Part shown: positions 59,341 to 64,000 of the stretch, piece after piece
Position numbering within the stretch: the stretch's first letter is position 1
Layout of the letters: each line of letters starts with the position of its first letter
Assembly: GCA_964655015.1 (NCBI GenBank)
Contig: CAZZKR010000025.1
Span: 10,064 to 74,063, forward strand
Source of the DNA: an uncultured Nitrososphaeria archaeon
Lineage (GTDB): Archaea; Thermoproteota; Nitrososphaeria_A; Caldarchaeales; Wolframiiraptoraceae
Length of the DNA: 64,000 nt
Direction of reading: 5' to 3'
Position numbers and translations under genes: made by a program
Notes under the pieces: model-generated
What the model saw: only the letters and a program-made list of their open reading frames with translations
The model's database searches: none
What the model was told of the DNA's origin: nothing

Positions 59341-59933
59341 GGATAGTTATATTAGATTATGGTGTGGGGAACCTCTACAACATAAAGCATAGCTTGGTTA
59401 GGCTCGGTGCTAATCCGGAGATATCATCCGAGATAAAAACACCGTTAGATGCTCTAGTATTGCCCGGTGTTGGTAATTTCGTTGTAGCATCTAAAATAAT
59501 TAAAAGCAAAAAACAAATACTTGAGGAGTTGAAGGAATCTGGTCTACCTATCTTAGGTATTTGCTTGGGCATGCAATTATTTTTTGAATTTAGCGAGGAG
59601 GGAAACGGTCAAGGACTCTGCTTCTTGGAAGGCAGGATCGTTAGATTTCCAAAAAACGTTAAAACACCGCAAATAGGTTGGAATACTGTAAAGGTGAAAT
59701 CCTATCATGAAATCGTTGACGGTTTACGTGACGAATTTTGGGCATACTTCATACATTCATATTATCCGCAGCCAAAGATCACATCAACAATAATGGCTGA
59801 GACAGAGTATTTCATAAGATTTCCTTCGATTGTAGCAAAGGGAAATATCGTTGGAACACAATTCCATCCGGAGAAATCTTCGGTTGATGGTTTCAATATA
59901 TTGAGGAATTTCCTTAGAATGTGTAGGGTGTGA
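59337..59933 (+). CDS. hisH: IGP synthase glutaminase subunit
   Basis: DYGVGN, PGVG, GICLGMQ, HSY, QFHPEKS. Confidence 0.96.
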   Translation: MRIVILDYGVGNLYNIKHSLVRLGANPEISSEIKTPLDALVLPGVGNFVVASKIIKSKKQILEELKESGLPILGICLGMQLFFEFSEEGNGQGLCFLEGRIVRFPKNVKTPQIGWNTVKVKSYHEIVDGLRDEFWAYFIHSYYPQPKITSTIMAETEYFIRFPSIVAKGNIVGTQFHPEKSSVDGFNILRNFLRMCRV

Positions 59934-60658
59934 GAGCGATGGAAGTATGGGCATCTGTCGACATAATCTCGGGTAAGGTGGTTCGACTTGTTAGAGGTGA
60001 CCCAAACCAATCCATAGTTTATAGTGATGACCCAATTTTCGTGGCGAGAAGGTGGGCACGATTGGGGTTTGATGGCATACACATCGTTGACCTTGATGCT
60101 GCCTTGGGTAAGGGCAACAATTTTGAGCACATTAAAAAAATTGCTGAGAGTGTTAGCTTACCTATACAGGTTGGTGGTGGGATACGCAACGTTGAAACTG
60201 TGTGTAATTATATGAGTGTGGGCATCAGCAAGTTCGTACTCGGTACTGTGGTTTTTAAGAAACCAGACGTTTTTAATGAAATGTTAAAAAAGTTTGGGCC
60301 GGAAAGGTTCGTCGTTGCCTTAGATTTTAAAGGTGATAATGTCGTTGTTGAAGGTTGGAGGAGCGACACGGGTACAAAAGTTTTAGACGCGATACTTCAG
60401 CTGATGAATAAAGGTATTAGATCTTTCTTATTAACAGATGTCGAGAGGGATGGAACATTGTTGGGCCCGAGCCTAAAAACTATAATGGAAGCTACGAATG
60501 TGAAAGGTGTCTCGATTTACGCTGCTGGTGGGATCTCTTCTATCGATGATGTAGTTACTCTCGGCAAGCTGGGCGTTAGGGGCGTAATACTCGGAAGGTC
60601 CATATATGAAGGAATGATTAACATAGAAGATCTGCTATCCATAGCAAGGGGGCTTTAG
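59930..60658 (+). CDS. hisA: ProFAR isomerase
   Basis: VVRLVRG, HIVDLD, QVGGGIR, TDVERDG. Confidence 0.95.
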   Translation: MRAMEVWASVDIISGKVVRLVRGDPNQSIVYSDDPIFVARRWARLGFDGIHIVDLDAALGKGNNFEHIKKIAESVSLPIQVGGGIRNVETVCNYMSVGISKFVLGTVVFKKPDVFNEMLKKFGPERFVVALDFKGDNVVVEGWRSDTGTKVLDAILQLMNKGIRSFLLTDVERDGTLLGPSLKTIMEATNVKGVSIYAAGGISSIDDVVTLGKLGVRGVILGRSIYEGMINIEDLLSIARGL

Positions 60659-60659
60659 C

Positions 60660-61424
60660 GTGTTAGCAAAACGAATAATACCGTGTCTCGATATGGATCA
60701 TGGAAGAGTGTTAAAGGGCAGGAAGTTCGTTGAACTCAAGGATGTAGGGGACCCTGTAGAGCTTGCCCTTAAATACAGAGATGATGGAGCGGACGAGCTC
60801 GTATTATTGGACATAACAGCATCCGTTGAAAAAAGAAGAATACTGTTGGATGTAGTTAGAAGGGTTGCTGAAGTGCTTGACATACCATTTACCGTAGGTG
60901 GTGGCATAAGGACCGTTGAGGATGCGCATGATATTTTAACTAACGGTGGCGATAGGGTGGCTGTGAATACTGCTGCTGTGGAGAATCCAGAATTTATAAG
61001 AAAGCTCTCAGAAATTTATGGTAGCCAATGCGTCGTCGTAGCTATAGATGCCAAAAGGGTCTATACTAAAGACGGTCTATGGTTTGAAGTCTATACATAT
61101 GGTGGTAGGAAACCTACCGGTATTGACGCGGTTGAATGGGCAAAAAGGGTTGAGGAGTTGGGAGCTGGTGAGATTTTGCTAACATCGATTGATAGAGACG
61201 GCACAAAAGATGGTTACGACCTTGAGTTGATACGCGCAATATCGAGCAACGTATCGATACCTGTAATCGCAAGCGGTGGGTGTGGAAGGCCTGAGCACTT
61301 CCTCGAGGCTTTCAAGGCTGGCGCTGATGCTGCCCTTGCGGCCTCTATATTTCATTATGATGAATATCCAATCCCCGTTGTGAAGAGATACCTTAAGGAG
61401 AGAGGGGTGCATGTGAGGCTATGA
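60660..61424 (+). CDS. hisF: IGP synthase cyclase subunit
   Basis: [30 protein letters not shown]. Confidence 0.97.
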   Translation: MLAKRIIPCLDMDHGRVLKGRKFVELKDVGDPVELALKYRDDGADELVLLDITASVEKRRILLDVVRRVAEVLDIPFTVGGGIRTVEDAHDILTNGGDRVAVNTAAVENPEFIRKLSEIYGSQCVVVAIDAKRVYTKDGLWFEVYTYGGRKPTGIDAVEWAKRVEELGAGEILLTSIDRDGTKDGYDLELIRAISSNVSIPVIASGGCGRPEHFLEAFKAGADAALAASIFHYDEYPIPVVKRYLKERGVHVRL

Positions 61425-61753
61425 AGCATGTAAGGGTTGATGAATTGAACTTTGAGAAATCCGGAGGACTCATTCCTGTAGTAGCATACGACAGAAGAAC
61501 AAATGAGGTTTTAATGCTTGCCTATGCTAACAAGGAAGCGATCGAGAAAACGCTCACGTCTGGCTATGCACATTACTTTAGCAGATCAAGAAATAGGATA
61601 TGGATGAAGGGTGAGACATCTGGTAACGTGCAAAGGGTCCTTGAAGTTCTGGTCGATTGCGATAATGACTCGTTAATCTACGTAGTCGAGCAGGAAGGCG
61701 TTGCATGTCACACCGGACATAGGACGTGTTTCTTTAGAAAGCTCGTCCTCTAA
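61421..61753 (+). CDS. hisI: Phosphoribosyl-AMP cyclohydrolase (monofunctional)
   Basis: [25 protein letters not shown]. No HisE domain. Confidence 0.96.
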   Translation: MKHVRVDELNFEKSGGLIPVVAYDRRTNEVLMLAYANKEAIEKTLTSGYAHYFSRSRNRIWMKGETSGNVQRVLEVLVDCDNDSLIYVVEQEGVACHTGHRTCFFRKLVL

Positions 61754-61845
61754 ACACGTTCAGGTCTTTTAAGTTAAATATTATGCGCGACATTATCGCA
61801 AAAAGTTTTATCCTTGATGTTACGATGTAACTGACTGGATAAATT

Positions 61846-63120
61846 ATGCGCAAACGTATGGAAGGTTTCCCGACACTCGTTAGCTTTAAAGAAAGTAGAC
61901 GTAAACTGGCCGAGGTTATCAAATATCGCATACTCGAAACAGTTGAAGTTGCGTTAGAGGATGCCTTGAATATGGTGTGCGCAGAGGACATATTTGCGCC
62001 TATCGATTTGCCTGAGTTTGACAGAAGTGCCGTTGATGGTTATGCGGTTGTAGCGGAAGATACATTTGGCTCATCTCCAAACAATCCTGTTGAATTAAAA
62101 CTCATAGGTAAAGTTCACGCAGGAATGAAACCCTCAGACATGCCGAAGGTCAATAGAGGAGAGGCTGTCGAGATATACACAGGTGCGCGTTTACCAGAAG
62201 GCGCTAATGCAGTCGTTATGGTTGAACATACGAACAAATTAGGCGACTCCATCGAGGTGTTGTATCCTGTTTCACCGTACCAAAACGTGTCAAAGAAGGG
62301 CGAGGATTACAAAAAAGGCGAATTAGTAATTAAGAAGGGAACGATGATAAGACCATGGCATATTGCTGCACTCGCTGCGTTGAACATTCCAAAAGTAAAA
62401 GTATTGCGGAAGCCAAGATTTGCTGTCTTATCAACTGGTAGCGAGTTGGTTGAAGTAGGTTCAGAACTTAAGGAAGGTAACGTCGTGAACAGCTCAAAAC
62501 CTATGCTCAAGAGTCTTCTAAAAGAACTTGGTTGTGAGGTATTGGACTTAGGAACTATCCCTGATGACCTAGAGAAAATAAAGGAATCCATAAAGGAAGG
62601 ATTGAGGGTAGCTGACGCCGTTATAATTACTGGAGGTACAAGCGTCGGTGAGCTGGATCTCGTCCCTGAAGCGATTAACTCTTTGGGCAAACCCGGCCTC
62701 GTGGTTCACGGTATAATGATGAGACCAGCAAAGCCTACTGGTTTCGGCGTAATAGATAACAAACCGGTTTTCATATTATCTGGCCTGCCTGTGGCCGCAT
62801 TGGTAGGTTTTCAGAATTTTATAAAACCTTCAATTCAAATGATACTCGGGTTGCCCGAAGAACCAAAAATTACGGTGAGAGGAAGGTTGACCAGAAGGGT
62901 CGCCAACCCGCATGGCGTAAGGTCCTTCGTTAGGGTCAGGGTTATGAGAAAAGATGATGCTTATTATATCGAGCCACTCATGCTCACCGGCTCGGGGCTT
63001 ATTTCAACACTTACTAAAGCTAATGGTATGTTAACGATTCCAGAAGATGTCGAGGGCTATGATGAAGGTGAAGAGGTCGAGGTCGAATTATTCCAACCGA
63101 TAGAGACAATCATAGGGTGA
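61846..63120 (+). CDS. moeA: Molybdopterin molybdotransferase MoeA
   Basis: FDRSAVDGYA, TGA..P.GA, STGSEL, TGGTSVG, RPAKP. Confidence 0.95.
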   Translation: MRKRMEGFPTLVSFKESRRKLAEVIKYRILETVEVALEDALNMVCAEDIFAPIDLPEFDRSAVDGYAVVAEDTFGSSPNNPVELKLIGKVHAGMKPSDMPKVNRGEAVEIYTGARLPEGANAVVMVEHTNKLGDSIEVLYPVSPYQNVSKKGEDYKKGELVIKKGTMIRPWHIAALAALNIPKVKVLRKPRFAVLSTGSELVEVGSELKEGNVVNSSKPMLKSLLKELGCEVLDLGTIPDDLEKIKESIKEGLRVADAVIITGGTSVGELDLVPEAINSLGKPGLVVHGIMMRPAKPTGFGVIDNKPVFILSGLPVAALVGFQNFIKPSIQMILGLPEEPKITVRGRLTRRVANPHGVRSFVRVRVMRKDDAYYIEPLMLTGSGLISTLTKANGMLTIPEDVEGYDEGEEVEVELFQPIETIIG

Positions 63121-63125
63121 TTATT

Positions 63126-64000
63126 ATGGCGTTAATATTTCATAGAATGGTTTCTGTCGAAGATGCTTTAAAACTTGTCGAAGAGAGTCTTGGAGGCATA
63201 AGGCCTCTTGGTGTAGAAGAGGTAAATTTACTTGAAGCGCTTGGACGTGTTCTTGCCGAAGATGTATACGCAAAAGTAGATTCGCCACCTTTTGATAGGT
63301 CTACTGTGGATGGTTATGCAGTCGATGCAAAAGATGTTTACGGTGCTAGTGAATCAGAACCTGTATGTTTAACAATATCTGGAAAGTCTGAAGTCGGTTC
63401 CGTACCTACGGCTGAGGCTGGTGGTGGGTGTTGTGTGGAGACCGCCACGGGCGCCCCTCTACCTAGAGGTGCGAACGCTGTAGTCATGGTGGAATATACC
63501 AAACGTGTGGATAATAAAGTCTATGTGTATAGGTCTGTGGCTCCTGGAGAAAACGTCTCCCAAACTGGATCGGATATAACTGCGGGTGACGTTGTGATAA
63601 GAAAGGGCAAGGTAATCTTACCGAGCGATATTGCCATATTGGCAGCAATGGGTTACAAATCTATTAAAGTTTATCGTAAACCAAGAATTGCAGTCTTCTC
63701 TACTGGTAGCGAGCTTGTTGAGCCGGGCCAACCCCTATTCCAAGGAAAAGTCTACGACGTAAATGGTTATGCACTAACAGCCATGTTAAAGGAGATCGGT
63801 GCTGATGTCGATTTCCTCGGAATATTGCCTGATGATTATCAAGTGATAAAGCAAAATATAGCGCAGGCGCTTCAGCAGTACGACGTCGTAGTAACGTCTG
63901 GAAGTACATCTGCAGGATTTGGTGATGCGATATACAAAGTCTTCGCGGAGCATGGAGCCGTTGTCGTTCACGGTCTCAAGCTGAGACCTGGCAAACCGAC
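63126..64000 (+). CDS. moeA: Second MoeA paralog (3'-truncated by window edge, absent from ORF track)
   Basis: ATG after GGGTGA. GRVLAEDV..PPFDRSTVDGYAV, STGSEL, SGSTSAG, RPGKP. Confidence 0.93.
   Translation, partial: MALIFHRMVSVEDALKLVEESLGGIRPLGVEEVNLLEALGRVLAEDVYAKVDSPPFDRSTVDGYAVDAKDVYGASESEPVCLTISGKSEVGSVPTAEAGGGCCVETATGAPLPRGANAVVMVEYTKRVDNKVYVYRSVAPGENVSQTGSDITAGDVVIRKGKVILPSDIAILAAMGYKSIKVYRKPRIAVFSTGSELVEPGQPLFQGKVYDVNGYALTAMLKEIGADVDFLGILPDDYQVIKQNIAQALQQYDVVVTSGSTSAGFGDAIYKVFAEHGAVVVHGLKLRPGKP

Noticed and set aside
1..64000. CRISPR arrays, IS elements, integrases, defence systems, rRNA
   Set aside because: No repeat-spacer periodicity or relevant motifs seen by eye. Nearly all sequence is explained by housekeeping genes.

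Overview
Gene-dense archaeal core-genome window with no CRISPR array, transposase or prophage. The gene mix (PolD DP2, SMC/ScpAB, canonical FtsZ with CdrS, eS30, Elf1, TFE-beta, thaumarchaeal-style his operon) suggests a TACK/Nitrososphaeria lineage such as Caldarchaeales; this is inferred, not proven. Contents are translation, transcription and RNA-modification genes, replication and chromosome genes, secY, tRNA-Ser(TGA), MetRS/ThrRS, a his operon and two moeA genes. The main signals the ORF track misses are: (1) a 20-nt bulge-helix-bulge mRNA intron splitting the catalytic Asp codon of cbf5; (2) conserved N-termini with no ATG/GTG/TTG, with CTG starts for priS and scpA, ACG for an ABC permease and no canonical start for metG; (3) a structured ~120-nt his leader with a His-His uORF, a candidate archaeal attenuator; (4) unannotated small ORFs (cdrS, a membrane microprotein before priS, an smc uORF) and an orphan RNA hairpin. 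Product calls come from motif recognition by eye, not from database searches.
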